From NCBI GenBank assembly GCA_965223295.1, contig CBDCWC010000003.1, positions 1,344,001 through 1,408,000 of the forward strand: DNA of 64,000 nt, given 5' to 3'. The notes beneath the pieces are model-generated. The model saw nothing but the letters and a program-made list of their open reading frames with translations, had not been told where the DNA came from and made no database searches. Made by a program: the position numbers and the translations under genes. This document shows positions 22,489-32,986 of this stretch, piece by piece. Numbering within the stretch: the first letter of the stretch is position 1; the number at the start of each line of letters is the position of its first letter. The DNA comes from Nitrospirales bacterium (lineage in GTDB: Bacteria > Nitrospirota > Nitrospiria > Nitrospirales > UBA8639).

Positions 22489-23970
22489 CTAGTGTTTTTT
22501 CTTTCTAGCGGCACTGGGTTTTGCTCGCAGTCTCTTCTTCCAAGAATGAATCTGCGTCTGGACTTGTGCGGTGGCGGTGCCTCCAACCACATTTTTCTGG
22601 TCCACGGCAGCTTCCGGAGTTAAGACTCGAAGGGCGTTCTTGTCAAATACCGGAGAAGCCTTGAATAAATCCTCCTGCGAAAGGTGGAGAAGATCTTTCC
22701 CTTTGCTGAGGCATTCTCTGACGAGGTTCCCAACAATGTGATGTGATTCTCGAAAGGGCACACCTTTCAGCACGAGATAGTCAGCTAGTTCCGTAGCCAG
22801 GAGAAAGCCTTCGGAGACCGCCGTGTTCATGGGTTCAGACCGCACCGTAAGCTGCGCCAAAAGTTCTGCATAAATTTTGACAGATATTGTCACGGTATCA
22901 ATCGTATCAAACAGAGGCTCTTTGTCTTCTTGTAAATCTCGATTATAGCTGAGGGGTAATCCCTTCAAAGTGGTCAACAGGCTGAACAAGTGCCCATAGA
23001 CGCGACCAGTTTTCCCGCGTATCAGTTCGGGAATATCTGGATTTTTTTTCTGTGGCATCATGCTGCTGCCGGTACAGAATCCATCGGGCAAATCTACGAA
23101 TTGAAACTCCTGTGACGACCACAAGATCAGCTCTTCACTCAGGCGAGAAAGGTGCATCATCACAATGGCGCAACTGCTTAGGACTTCCACCACATAGTCG
23201 CGGTCTGATACCCCATCCAGGCTATTTTGGGTGATGTCAGGAAATTTCAATAAGGCCGCGGTGTATTGTCGATCAAGGGGATAATTTGTTCCCGCAAGCG
23301 CACCAGAGCCGAGCGGCATGATATTGATGCGCGTCAATGCATCCTGCAGTCGACCTTTGTCCCGTTCTACCATTTCCACATAGGCGAGGGCATGATGCGA
23401 AAAAAGAACAGGTTGCGCACGTTGCAAGTGCGTATATCCCGGCATCATGACCTTCTTGTAGCGCTCGGCAAGAGTCACAAGCGATTGTTGAAGACATCGA
23501 AGGTCTTGGTGCAAGTGTTGCAGGACATCCCTGAGATAGAGGCGAAGATCAAGGGTAATTTGGTCATTCCGGCTTCGACCGGTATGCAACTTTCCTCCTA
23601 GTGGACCGATGAGTTGTGTAAGGCGGCGCTCAATGCTCATATGAACATCTTCGTCCTCCACTTGCCATTGATGCCGGCCGGACCGAATGTCTTCTCGAAT
23701 GTGGAGTAGCCCTTCGATGATTGTCTGGCTTTCGCGGGCGGATAGCACCTTTGCTCGGCGTAGTGTTTTGCAATGAGCCACACTGCCTTCAAGGTCGTAT
23801 TCGTAGAGACGGCAATCAAATCCTATGGAGGCAGTGAAGGATTCAACCAACGCGTGAGTGTGACCTTCAAATCGTCCCCCCCAAAGCTTAACCTTACCTG
23901 TTTTGTTGGGCGCCTTACGTTTGGAGGAACGAGGAGTCTGGTTTGGTCTTGTTGATTGAGATGATTTCAT
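22489..23970 (-). CDS. argH: Argininosuccinate lyase
   Basis: LWGGRF, HTGRSRNDQ, PGYTHLQRAQP and GSSMMPQKKNPD motifs. Confidence 0.97.
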   Translation of the reverse strand: MKSSQSTRPNQTPRSSKRKAPNKTGKVKLWGGRFEGHTHALVESFTASIGFDCRLYEYDLEGSVAHCKTLRRAKVLSARESQTIIEGLLHIREDIRSGRHQWQVEDEDVHMSIERRLTQLIGPLGGKLHTGRSRNDQITLDLRLYLRDVLQHLHQDLRCLQQSLVTLAERYKKVMMPGYTHLQRAQPVLFSHHALAYVEMVERDKGRLQDALTRINIMPLGSGALAGTNYPLDRQYTAALLKFPDITQNSLDGVSDRDYVVEVLSSCAIVMMHLSRLSEELILWSSQEFQFVDLPDGFCTGSSMMPQKKNPDIPELIRGKTGRVYGHLFSLLTTLKGLPLSYNRDLQEDKEPLFDTIDTVTISVKIYAELLAQLTVRSEPMNTAVSEGFLLATELADYLVLKGVPFRESHHIVGNLVRECLSKGKDLLHLSQEDLFKASPVFDKNALRVLTPEAAVDQKNVVGGTATAQVQTQIHSWKKRLRAKPSAARKKKH

Positions 23971-24023
23971 TACATATAAATGTTATCAGTTTGCACGATT
24001 GATATTCTGGTGTTGGGTGCTCG

Positions 24024-25022
24024 TTATCTTGATTTTCCTAACCATTCAAGCAAAATGGCTTTTTGAACATGTAAGCGGTTTTCTGCTTGGTCTAAGACCG
24101 CGGATTGTGGGCCATCCAAAACATCTGCGGTAATCTCTTCCCCACGATGAGCAGGGAGACAATGAAGGACTATGGCATTGGGGTTGGCTTGTTTCATAAG
24201 CTGACTATTGACCTGATAAGGTCCGAATGCCGCCTTGCGGGCTCGACTTTCCTTTTCCTGCCCCATACTGATCCACACGTCGGTGTAGACCGCATCCGCG
24301 TTTTTTGTAGCCTTTTTTGGATCATGCGTGACTTCAATAATAGAGCCTGTAACCTGTCCTTCTGACATAGCCTGTTCAACGATTGTTCTATCAGGTTCGT
24401 ATCCTGGTGGACATCCCACGGATACATGCATGCCGACTTTGGCCCCAATTTCTAAGAGGGAATGGGTAATATTGTTTCCATCTCCAATGTATGTCAGTTT
24501 CAATCCTTTGGCCCGTCCCTTTTTCTCGATGATAGTGAGGAGGTCAGCAAAGGCTTGGCAAGGATGGCAGTGATCCGTCAGGCCGTTAATCACGGGAATG
24601 GAGGTATGCTGTCCCCATTCCTCTAACGCAGATTGATCAAAGGTTCTGACGACTAACCCATCGAGATAGCGAGACAATACTTTGGCGGTATCAGCTAAAC
24701 TTTCTCCTCTACTGAGTTGAATTTTCTCTGATGCGAGGAATAACGCTTGTCCACCCAATTGGTTTATGCCAGCTTCGAAGGAAACGCGCGTACGTGTCGA
24801 CGGTTTCTCGAAAATAAGGCCAAGAGTCTTTCCTTTGAGCGGAAAGGTTGGTCTGCCTTTACCATGGGCAGCTTTCAGCTTTTTGGCAAGTTGAATTAAA
24901 TCTCGTACCTTTTTTCTTGAAAGGTCTGCAATGGTCAACAAGTCCTTGGGCTGTTGTTGTGTCTTGGACTTAGAAACAGGGGTAGAGCGAGGCGTTTTTG
25001 GCAGTCGACGAGTTGGAGACAT
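24024..25022 (-). CDS. argF: Ornithine carbamoyltransferase
   Basis: FEKPSTRTR, HPCQ, WISMGQE and HCLPAHRGEE motifs. Confidence 0.97.
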   Translation of the reverse strand: MSPTRRLPKTPRSTPVSKSKTQQQPKDLLTIADLSRKKVRDLIQLAKKLKAAHGKGRPTFPLKGKTLGLIFEKPSTRTRVSFEAGINQLGGQALFLASEKIQLSRGESLADTAKVLSRYLDGLVVRTFDQSALEEWGQHTSIPVINGLTDHCHPCQAFADLLTIIEKKGRAKGLKLTYIGDGNNITHSLLEIGAKVGMHVSVGCPPGYEPDRTIVEQAMSEGQVTGSIIEVTHDPKKATKNADAVYTDVWISMGQEKESRARKAAFGPYQVNSQLMKQANPNAIVLHCLPAHRGEEITADVLDGPQSAVLDQAENRLHVQKAILLEWLGKSR

Positions 25023-25026
25023 GATG

Positions 25027-26220
25027 CTATTTCTGTTTGGACAACACGTCAGAGAGAACGTTGACTAGACGATCAATCTGCGGATTGCTGACTATCAAAG
25101 GAGGGATAAATCGAAGAATGTTGCCCATGGTACAATTAATGAGGACTCGGTGCGCCAAGCATTCCATCACTAGGGGTTTCCCATCTATTGATAACTCTAT
25201 CCCTTGTAACAGCCCCATGCCACGAACTTCCTGGATGCAAGAAAACTTGTTGGACAATGTTGTTAAACTTTTGGATAAGTACTCCCCGGCCAATCGGCCT
25301 TGCTCAAGTTTCTTGCCATCCAGAAGTACATCCAATACTTTTAATCCCGCAGCACAGGCCAGCGGGTTCCCACCAAATGTCGAGGCATGGGTGCCGGGTT
25401 CAAAGGCTTCAGCCACAGTATTTGTGGCAAGACAGGCGCCGATAGGGATTCCGCCTCCAAGGCCTTTGGCCAGGGTCATGATGTCCGGCTGCATATTGAA
25501 ATGTTCGTACGCAAACAAGGTTCCCGTACGTCCCATTCCGGTTTGCACTTCATCAAAAATGAGAAGGAGATTTCGTTCTGTGCAAAGATCCCGCACCGCC
25601 TTTAAATATCCGGGATCAGGCATGACCACACCGCCCTCAGCTTGAATGGGTTCGAGCATGATGGCGGCGGTCTGAGGAGTGATGTTTGACTGTATGGCCT
25701 CGAGATCATTAAAGGGAATATATCGAAATCCTGGAACCAGAGGACCGAAACCTTCATGTAATGTTGGTTGGCCTGTTGCGGAAAGACTTCCCAGCGTCCG
25801 TCCATGAAAGGACTTGAGCATCGTCAGAATTTCAGTCCGTTGAGGCCCGTAGGTCTTGATGGCATGACGCCTTGCTAATTTAATTGCCGCTTCGTTGGCT
25901 TCTGTTCCGCTATTACAAAAGAAAACCTTGTCCGCAAATGAATGTGCGACCAAGCTCTTGGCCAAGCTGGTTTGTGGTTCGGTAAAAAACAAATTAGAGG
26001 TATGAATGAGTTGTCGGGCTTGACGGCTGATGGCTTCTACAATATCTGGATGGGCATGCCCAAGGATGTTCACCGCGATGCCGGCTATGCAGTCCAGATA
26101 TTCTCGCCCTTCAGCGTCGTAGACAAAACATCCCTGCCCACGTTCTACCGTCAGTGGAAGCCGCATATAGGTATTCATCATAAATTGATGAGCGTCTTCT
26201 TGTATTTCAGTTGCAATCAT
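25027..26220 (-). CDS. argD: Acetylornithine aminotransferase
   Basis: FHGRT, DEVQTGMGRTG, AKGLGGG and HASTFGGNP motifs; upstream of argF. Confidence 0.93.
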   Translation of the reverse strand: MIATEIQEDAHQFMMNTYMRLPLTVERGQGCFVYDAEGREYLDCIAGIAVNILGHAHPDIVEAISRQARQLIHTSNLFFTEPQTSLAKSLVAHSFADKVFFCNSGTEANEAAIKLARRHAIKTYGPQRTEILTMLKSFHGRTLGSLSATGQPTLHEGFGPLVPGFRYIPFNDLEAIQSNITPQTAAIMLEPIQAEGGVVMPDPGYLKAVRDLCTERNLLLIFDEVQTGMGRTGTLFAYEHFNMQPDIMTLAKGLGGGIPIGACLATNTVAEAFEPGTHASTFGGNPLACAAGLKVLDVLLDGKKLEQGRLAGEYLSKSLTTLSNKFSCIQEVRGMGLLQGIELSIDGKPLVMECLAHRVLINCTMGNILRFIPPLIVSNPQIDRLVNVLSDVLSKQK

Positions 26221-26393
26221 GATTCAAAAACCCTCGTAAACGCGCGCGAATTTATCACAGGGTTTCTTGTCTGCGCAATGAGAGGATATCGATCAAGTGG
26301 GAGATGCTACAGTCTCAAGAAAAGAAAAACAACCGCGCACGTGTTTCCGGAGCACAGAAGATTCAGAGTTGTAGTAGTGAAAAGGAAAGAACG

Positions 26394-27254
26394 TTAATTT
26401 GGGCTTGGAGTATGGCGACGTAGATCGTAGGCTAGCCCGATCTTGCTGAGCGTCCAGATCAACCATTTTGAAGGATCAAAGTTATACCATTTGACGCCAT
26501 TGCGGTAGTCACTCTGATACATATGATGGTAGTTGTGGTAACCCTCGCCGAAGGTAAGTAAGGAAATCCACCAGCTATCACGGCTGGAGTCCGAAGTGCC
26601 ATGAGGTTGATCTCCCCAGATATGGCAAATGGAATTAATGAAAAAAGTCGAATTTAAGACAAAAAAGGTGCGGGCCAACCCTGCTAAGAGAAAACAGCCA
26701 ATTCCGCCAATCCAGCCGTTGTAGAGCAGTCCAACAACAAAAGGCAGAAATAGGCCAGTCAAAACAATAGGGAGATAATACTTATCTTGCCACACAATCA
26801 AAGGATCTTGTAAGAGACGAGTAGCGTATTTGGGATCACGATTTGGATCTTTCCAGAAAATCCACCCACAATGGCTATGCCAAAATCCAAGCGTGGCGTT
26901 ATAGGGGTCTTCTTTTTGGTCGCATCGGGCATGATGCCTAATGTGATCTCCCGCCCATCGTAGCGCAGAATTTTCAAGAGCCATGCCTCCTGCAATGAGA
27001 AAGGCCAAGCGCACCCAATCTGGGCATTTAAAACTTCGATGTGTGATCAGACGATGATAGCCCACGGTGATACCAAGTCCGGTAATCATGTACAACGACA
27101 CAAACATGGTCCAGTCGACCCAGGTAAAGTCGTAATAATAAGCATAGACTGGTAAGCCTATCACGGTGGCGGCGACGATGAGCCCAAAAAGGAACATTGT
27201 GGGGTAATCTCGTTGCGGTGTTCCGGCTTGAGAAGGGTCTAGAGTTCTTGACAT
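26394..27254 (-). CDS. Delta-9 type membrane fatty acid desaturase
   Basis: Three His boxes: HRLITH, HIRHH, HNYHH. Confidence 0.93.
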   Translation of the reverse strand: MSRTLDPSQAGTPQRDYPTMFLFGLIVAATVIGLPVYAYYYDFTWVDWTMFVSLYMITGLGITVGYHRLITHRSFKCPDWVRLAFLIAGGMALENSALRWAGDHIRHHARCDQKEDPYNATLGFWHSHCGWIFWKDPNRDPKYATRLLQDPLIVWQDKYYLPIVLTGLFLPFVVGLLYNGWIGGIGCFLLAGLARTFFVLNSTFFINSICHIWGDQPHGTSDSSRDSWWISLLTFGEGYHNYHHMYQSDYRNGVKWYNFDPSKWLIWTLSKIGLAYDLRRHTPSPN

Positions 27255-27613
27255 GGCAGCGATATCCTTGTGGATCTCTCCTTACTAGAAAGCTGGAATT
27301 TTTTCCGGCAGTGATCTACTGCGTCAACAAAAGATCAAATAATAGAGACAACATTTAAAATGGTAACTCTTTTACAGGAAAGTAGTTGGCGAACTTCAAA
27401 GCTTACAGGTTGAGACCTGCCCCATATAAAAGAGCTGTTTGAGAATACACACTGGCAGGTTCCTTGTAAAGAGTCAGGAAATATTCATTTTCTGACTCTC
27501 TTTAGAGACAGCATACCAGACTTATTCGAAAAATCTAGTAGCTGACTTTTCAGATACACTACCTTCATCGCATGAACAGCAGGCAAGTCCCCTCAATTCG
27601 AGGCCATGATTCA

Positions 27614-28999
27614 TTAGTATTTGTAGGTGTCTTCTTTAAATGGCCCATCTATTGAGACATGGATGTAATCGGCTTGCTCTGGCGTCAGTTTCGTTAAGAC
27701 TCCACCAAATCCACGGACCATATGAGCCGCGACCTCTTCATCCAAAATCTTGGGAAGAACTTGAACCGTTGGAGCTTCAGGTTCTACATGGTCAGCATAC
27801 TTTCGTTCGTATAGGTAAATTTGGGCCAAAACCTGATTGGAAAATGAGCCATCCATAATGCGGGAAGGATGACCAGTGGCATTGCCCAGATTCACCAGAC
27901 GTCCTTCAGACAGAAGGATTAAATGATCGTTGGCGGCTTTGTTACGATGGACTTTGTGAACTTGAGGCTTCACTTCTTCCCATTCCCAGTTTTTTCTCAT
28001 GTAGGCCGTGTCAATTTCATTGTCAAAATGTCCAATGTTGCAGACGACGGCGCCATTTTTTAAGGTTTGTAGCATGGCTGAATCACAGACATTGAGGTTC
28101 CCAGTCGTCGTCACAACTAAATCTGTATTGCCAAGAAGGTTGACATTGATATCTTCAATTTGCCCAGTATTATTTCCATTGTTGTAGGGGGACACAATTT
28201 CAAATCCGTCCATGCAAGCTTGCATGGCACAAATGGGATCAATTTCGGAAATTTTGACAATCATGCCTTCTTGCCGGAGTGATTGTGCTGACCCTTTCCC
28301 AACATCACCGTAGCCGATCACCAATGCTTTCTTTCCGGCGAGCAAATGGTCGGTTCCGCGTTTAATCGCGTCATTTAAGCTATGACGGCAGCCATATTTG
28401 TTGTCATTTTTGGATTTGGTTACAGAGTCATTTACGTTGATTGCCGGGACTTTTAATGTGCCGTTTTTCAACATTTCCTGTAATCGATGAACACCAGTTG
28501 TTGTTTCTTCAGTAATGCCGTGAACATTGTCTAAGACAGCAGGATATTTTTCATGAAGCATCAATGTCAGATCGCCTCCGTCATCCAGTACCATGTTGGC
28601 ATCCCAGGGTTTGCCATCTTTTAAAATCGTCTGTTCAAGGCACCAATCATATTCTTCGTTGGTCTCGCCCTTCCAGGCAAACACGGGAATGCCTTTGGCG
28701 GCGATCGCGGCTGCGGCATGGTCTTGTGTTGAAAAAATGTTGCAGGATGACCAGCGGACTTCTGCTCCAAGCTCGATGAGGGTTTCAATGAGCACGCCGG
28801 TTTGAATCGTCATGTGAATGCAGCCCAATATTTTGGCTCCCTTTAAGGGTTGGGTTTTCCGATATTTGTTGCGAAGAGCCATTAACGCAGGCATTTCAGT
28901 TTCAGCTATTTGCAGTTCCTTCCGTCCCCAGGCAGCCAAGTTGATATCGGCAACTTTATAATCCTGTGTGACTTTTTCTAATGTGCTTGCTGTGCTCAT
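27614..28999 (-). CDS. ahcY: Adenosylhomocysteinase (Pseudomonas SahH-type)
   Basis: [31 protein letters not shown] and [13 protein letters not shown]; start at MSTA with gagga RBS. Confidence 0.97.
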   Translation of the reverse strand: MSTASTLEKVTQDYKVADINLAAWGRKELQIAETEMPALMALRNKYRKTQPLKGAKILGCIHMTIQTGVLIETLIELGAEVRWSSCNIFSTQDHAAAAIAAKGIPVFAWKGETNEEYDWCLEQTILKDGKPWDANMVLDDGGDLTLMLHEKYPAVLDNVHGITEETTTGVHRLQEMLKNGTLKVPAINVNDSVTKSKNDNKYGCRHSLNDAIKRGTDHLLAGKKALVIGYGDVGKGSAQSLRQEGMIVKISEIDPICAMQACMDGFEIVSPYNNGNNTGQIEDINVNLLGNTDLVVTTTGNLNVCDSAMLQTLKNGAVVCNIGHFDNEIDTAYMRKNWEWEEVKPQVHKVHRNKAANDHLILLSEGRLVNLGNATGHPSRIMDGSFSNQVLAQIYLYERKYADHVEPEAPTVQVLPKILDEEVAAHMVRGFGGVLTKLTPEQADYIHVSIDGPFKEDTYKY

Positions 29000-29124
29000 A
29001 ATGTATGCTCTCCTCTTTGATGTGTGTAACAAACCTGGGTTTCAAATACAAAAACTCACCTGAATGAGTAGCAGACGCTTTCCCCCATTTCTAAATAGCG
29101 AAATCAATAACGTGTTTGAAAAAG

Positions 29125-30276
29125 TTATACTCCGGCTTCCCGTCGAAGCAAATTCGCTTTGTCCGTTTTTTCCCACGAAAAACCTGGTTCATTTCGGCCA
29201 AAATGGCCATAAGCCGCAGTTTGTTTATAGATAGGACGCCGGAGTTTGAGGTGTTCGATAATACCCTTCGGAGTCAAGGAAAAATGCTTGCGAACAAGTT
29301 TTTCAATGCGTTCCACGTTGACTTTTTCTGTGCCTTTGGTGTCCACCAAGACTGAGACAGGTTCAGCCACCCCAATGGCGTAGGCCAATTGCACTTCGCA
29401 TTTTTCAGCCAACTTGGCGGCAATGATATTTTTTGCGATGTAGCGGGCCATGTATGAGGCTGACCGATCGACTTTGCTGGGATCTTTTCCAGAAAATGCT
29501 CCTCCGCCGTGGCTGCCAACTCCACCGTAGGTGTCCACAATAATTTTACGGCCTGTGAGTCCTGCGTCACCCATCGGCCCTCCAACGACAAACCGTCCTG
29601 TTGGATTAATATGAAATTTCACGGTTTTAGGGTTAAACAGTCTCTTGGGCATGACGGGGATAATGACTTTTTCCATGATATCTTTTTCAATTTTCTTGGA
29701 TGTGACGGCGTCGCTATGTTGTGTCGAAACCACGATGGTGTCAATTCTGACTGGCTTGCCATTTTTATACTCAATGGTGACTTGAGCTTTTCCATCTGGA
29801 CGGACCCAATTTAAAATATTTTTCTTTCGTACTTCGGATAATCGTCGAGTCAGTTTGTGGGCGAGCACAATGGTCATAGGCATTAGTTCTGTGGTTTCAT
29901 TGGAGGCATACCCAAACATGAGCCCTTGATCTCCTGCTCCTCCAGTGTCCACGCCCATCGCGATATCGCCAGACTGATTATCAATTGACGTCAAGACGGA
30001 GCATGTCCGATGATCGAATCCCCATGTGGCATCTGAATAGCCAACCTCTTTAATGGTCTCTCGAATAATCTCCGGAATTTCCACATAAGCTTTGGTGGAG
30101 ATTTCCCCGGCAACAAAGGCAATTCCGGTAGTAATTAACGTTTCACAAGCCACCCGGCAGTTCTTATCTTTAGCCATGATTGCATCCAAGATACCATCAG
30201 AAATCTGGTCAGCAATTTTATCTGGATGACCTTCTGTGACCGATTCTGACGTAAACAGATAATTACTTTGTCTCAT
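29125..30276 (-). CDS. metK: S-adenosylmethionine synthetase
   Basis: [19 protein letters not shown] and GGGAFSGKD motifs. Confidence 0.98.
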   Translation of the reverse strand: MRQSNYLFTSESVTEGHPDKIADQISDGILDAIMAKDKNCRVACETLITTGIAFVAGEISTKAYVEIPEIIRETIKEVGYSDATWGFDHRTCSVLTSIDNQSGDIAMGVDTGGAGDQGLMFGYASNETTELMPMTIVLAHKLTRRLSEVRKKNILNWVRPDGKAQVTIEYKNGKPVRIDTIVVSTQHSDAVTSKKIEKDIMEKVIIPVMPKRLFNPKTVKFHINPTGRFVVGGPMGDAGLTGRKIIVDTYGGVGSHGGGAFSGKDPSKVDRSASYMARYIAKNIIAAKLAEKCEVQLAYAIGVAEPVSVLVDTKGTEKVNVERIEKLVRKHFSLTPKGIIEHLKLRRPIYKQTAAYGHFGRNEPGFSWEKTDKANLLRREAGV

Positions 30277-30889
30277 TGAATCCCCCTACAGACTAGGTTG
30301 AGCCTCATGCTCCTCTCGGACCAAGACCCTCAGTGAATAATGCAAAAACCAAAATCCTTAGTATATCTTACCGAAATGTTTGTTCGCAATTGCGCAGTTG
30401 TACGAAGCGCGGTGAATAGGATAAGTGCGTTAGTTTAGAGAGTGATGCTGATGACGGCGACTCTTCTGTCTTTCGGAAAGAATGAGAAAAGCTTGAATCT
30501 AAGAATTCTGGAACTGCCTATTTAAGAGGAGGGCTATCTTCAATTTTGCCTGTACTTGTGCTTTAGTGGATATCTGAATTTTTAATACGAATATATACTT
30601 AGCTGTTTTGTCCATGAATTCTACGAACAACTTCAGACAATCTATGGCTGGACACCTAGATAGTTAACCGAAGATTTCATTTGAGAAACTAATTGTTTTT
30701 CAAAGGAATTCCGTGACTCTTGTGAACTGCACTTTCTGTTGCATAACAGAAATTCAGGGTGGTAAGATCCCAACTTATTTTATTTGGAGAAGGAGAAAGA
30801 AAGCCTACAGGCATTTCGCGGAGCTGAAGGTGCTGGGCTAGGTGTCGCTTTTTTCATAGAAATTCTGGGTCAGTTAAGGAGGCCAGTGA

Positions 30890-32986
30890 ATGTATAAGAC
30901 CATATATGTCCCGGTTGACAATTCAGACCATTCTAATATGGCTGTGGAACTGGGTGTTCAATTTGCCAAAGTGTTTGGATCAAAAATGGTGGGAAGCCAT
31001 GTCTATGCGGCAAAGATGCATGATAAGCGGTTTAAACAAATGGAGGCCGGTCTCCCAGAAGAATATCATGATGAAAAGGAATTAGACCGGCAGCGGCAAA
31101 TTCATGATTCGCTGATTACAAGAGGTCTTCAAATCATTACTGATTCTTATTTAGATTATGTCGATGAGAAATGTACAGAAGCCAATATTCCGCTTGAACG
31201 GCGGTCTTTGGAAGGACGGAATTGGAAAGCGCTAGCTGAAGATATTACGAAAAATGGGTATGACCTGACTATCATGGGCGCGTTGGGTGTCGGTGCTGTC
31301 AAGGACTCTACGATAGGGAGTAATACGGAACGCGTCATTCGGCGGGTTCGTAATTCCGACATGTTCATTGTAAAAGATACTAAGCCTATGAATGGTGGAA
31401 AAATTGTGGTGGCGGTAGATGGAAGCCATTACTCCTTTGGTGGTCTGAAGACGGCCTTGGCTTTAGGAAAAGCCTTGAACAAGCCTGTTGAAGCGATCTC
31501 AGCATTTGATCCCTATTTCCACTATGCCGCATTCCATAGCATTTCAGGTGTGTTGAACGAAGAAGCTGGGAAAGTCTTCCGATTTAAAGAACAAGAAAAA
31601 CTGCATGAAGAAGTGATTGATAGTGGATTAGCAAAAATCTACCAGTCACATTTAGACGTATCCCGCGATGTTGCGCAGGATGAAGGAGCGGACATCAAAA
31701 CGACGCTTTTGGATGGTAAAGCCTTTGAGAAGGTTATCCAATATGTGCGGAAAGAGCAGCCGTGGCTCCTCATCGTCGGACGCATTGGCGTTCATAGTGA
31801 TGATGATATGGATATCGGGAGCAACGCTGAAAATCTCTTGCGATCAGCACCCTGTAATATTTTGATCTCTAATAAAAAATTTGTGCCTCCTATTGATACG
31901 CAAGCGGAATACACCATTGCCTGGACGGAAGAGGCCTTGCGCCGTATGGAGAAAATCCCGATTTTTGCCAGAGGTGTCGCAAAGACAGCCATTCATCGCT
32001 ATGCCATTGAAAAAGGGCATACCATTATCAGTAATTCCGTCATTGATGATGCTGTTGGAGATATTCTTCCAAAGGGAGCGATGGACGCCATGAAAACTCT
32101 TGGTGGAAACTTGGATGCAGCTGGTGTTGATCGGAATACGATGCAAGCGGACAATCAGGTGGCACAAGACTTAATGGGATCGACCATGAGTGGCATGATG
32201 TCTCAAGTTGTAGAAGAAAAACCAGTTACCGCTAGCCCGTTGAGTCCGGTGAATCAGAATTATTTAGATCGCATGTCGCGTGATTATTATGTCTGCGGGG
32301 GATGCGGCTATATTGGAAAAGGGGCCCATCCCGTTTTATGCCCGGTCTGTGGCCTTGATGGAGCACAATTTAAACAAGTGGACAAATCCATTTTTGACGC
32401 AGCGGCACAAGCCGAGGGCAATCTGGAAACGGAAGTTGCGTACGACGATATTCCCATGCAATGGACGAAAGATTCCCGTGAAGCAATCCGGGCCGTCCCT
32501 GCGGGATTTCAGCGTCGACGAGCCAAAGCCAAAATTGAGAAATCTGCAAGAAAGTTAGGAATGACTACGATCACGTTGGAGTATGCGGCCCCAATTATCA
32601 AAGAGGCGGCGGCTGAAGACTATACTCCAATCTTTGCTAATAAAACTCCCGAGGAGGCTTCAAATATGGGTTCTGATTCAACGACTAATCAAGAAGCAGA
32701 AGCCAATGGAGCAGATCCCTACACATGGGAGCCTGAGGCAGTTCAACGGCTAGAGCGGGCACCGGCGGGTTTTATGAGAGATTGTACCAAAGCGTTAATT
32801 ATCAAACATGCTGAAAAAATTGGGACGACAACGATTACCCTCGACGTGGCGAATCAAGGAATCGAACAAGCAAAGGAAACAATGGAAGAAGCCATGAAAA
32901 CGGGAAATGTCAAAGATATTGTTGGACGGTTGACCGGTTCAGGGACTCCATCGGAAGCCCAATCCGGAGCCGGACACCATGGGTAA
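30890..32986 (+). CDS. Tandem universal-stress-protein domains + three PCP_red domains + rubredoxin-like Cys4 domain
   Basis: YKTIYVPVDNS and IVVAVDGS USP starts; GSNTERV and GSNAENL; W-starting PCP_red motifs at ~31922, ~32462 and ~32726; CGGCGY...CPVCG at ~32293-32352. Confidence 0.85.
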   Translation: MYKTIYVPVDNSDHSNMAVELGVQFAKVFGSKMVGSHVYAAKMHDKRFKQMEAGLPEEYHDEKELDRQRQIHDSLITRGLQIITDSYLDYVDEKCTEANIPLERRSLEGRNWKALAEDITKNGYDLTIMGALGVGAVKDSTIGSNTERVIRRVRNSDMFIVKDTKPMNGGKIVVAVDGSHYSFGGLKTALALGKALNKPVEAISAFDPYFHYAAFHSISGVLNEEAGKVFRFKEQEKLHEEVIDSGLAKIYQSHLDVSRDVAQDEGADIKTTLLDGKAFEKVIQYVRKEQPWLLIVGRIGVHSDDDMDIGSNAENLLRSAPCNILISNKKFVPPIDTQAEYTIAWTEEALRRMEKIPIFARGVAKTAIHRYAIEKGHTIISNSVIDDAVGDILPKGAMDAMKTLGGNLDAAGVDRNTMQADNQVAQDLMGSTMSGMMSQVVEEKPVTASPLSPVNQNYLDRMSRDYYVCGGCGYIGKGAHPVLCPVCGLDGAQFKQVDKSIFDAAAQAEGNLETEVAYDDIPMQWTKDSREAIRAVPAGFQRRRAKAKIEKSARKLGMTTITLEYAAPIIKEAAAEDYTPIFANKTPEEASNMGSDSTTNQEAEANGADPYTWEPEAVQRLERAPAGFMRDCTKALIIKHAEKIGTTTITLDVANQGIEQAKETMEEAMKTGNVKDIVGRLTGSGTPSEAQSGAGHHG

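Noticed and set aside
29000-30400. SAH or SAM riboswitch upstream of ahcY or metK
   Set aside because: Only a short ccgagaggagc resemblance upstream of metK; conserved helices were not found by eye. An Rfam scan would settle it.
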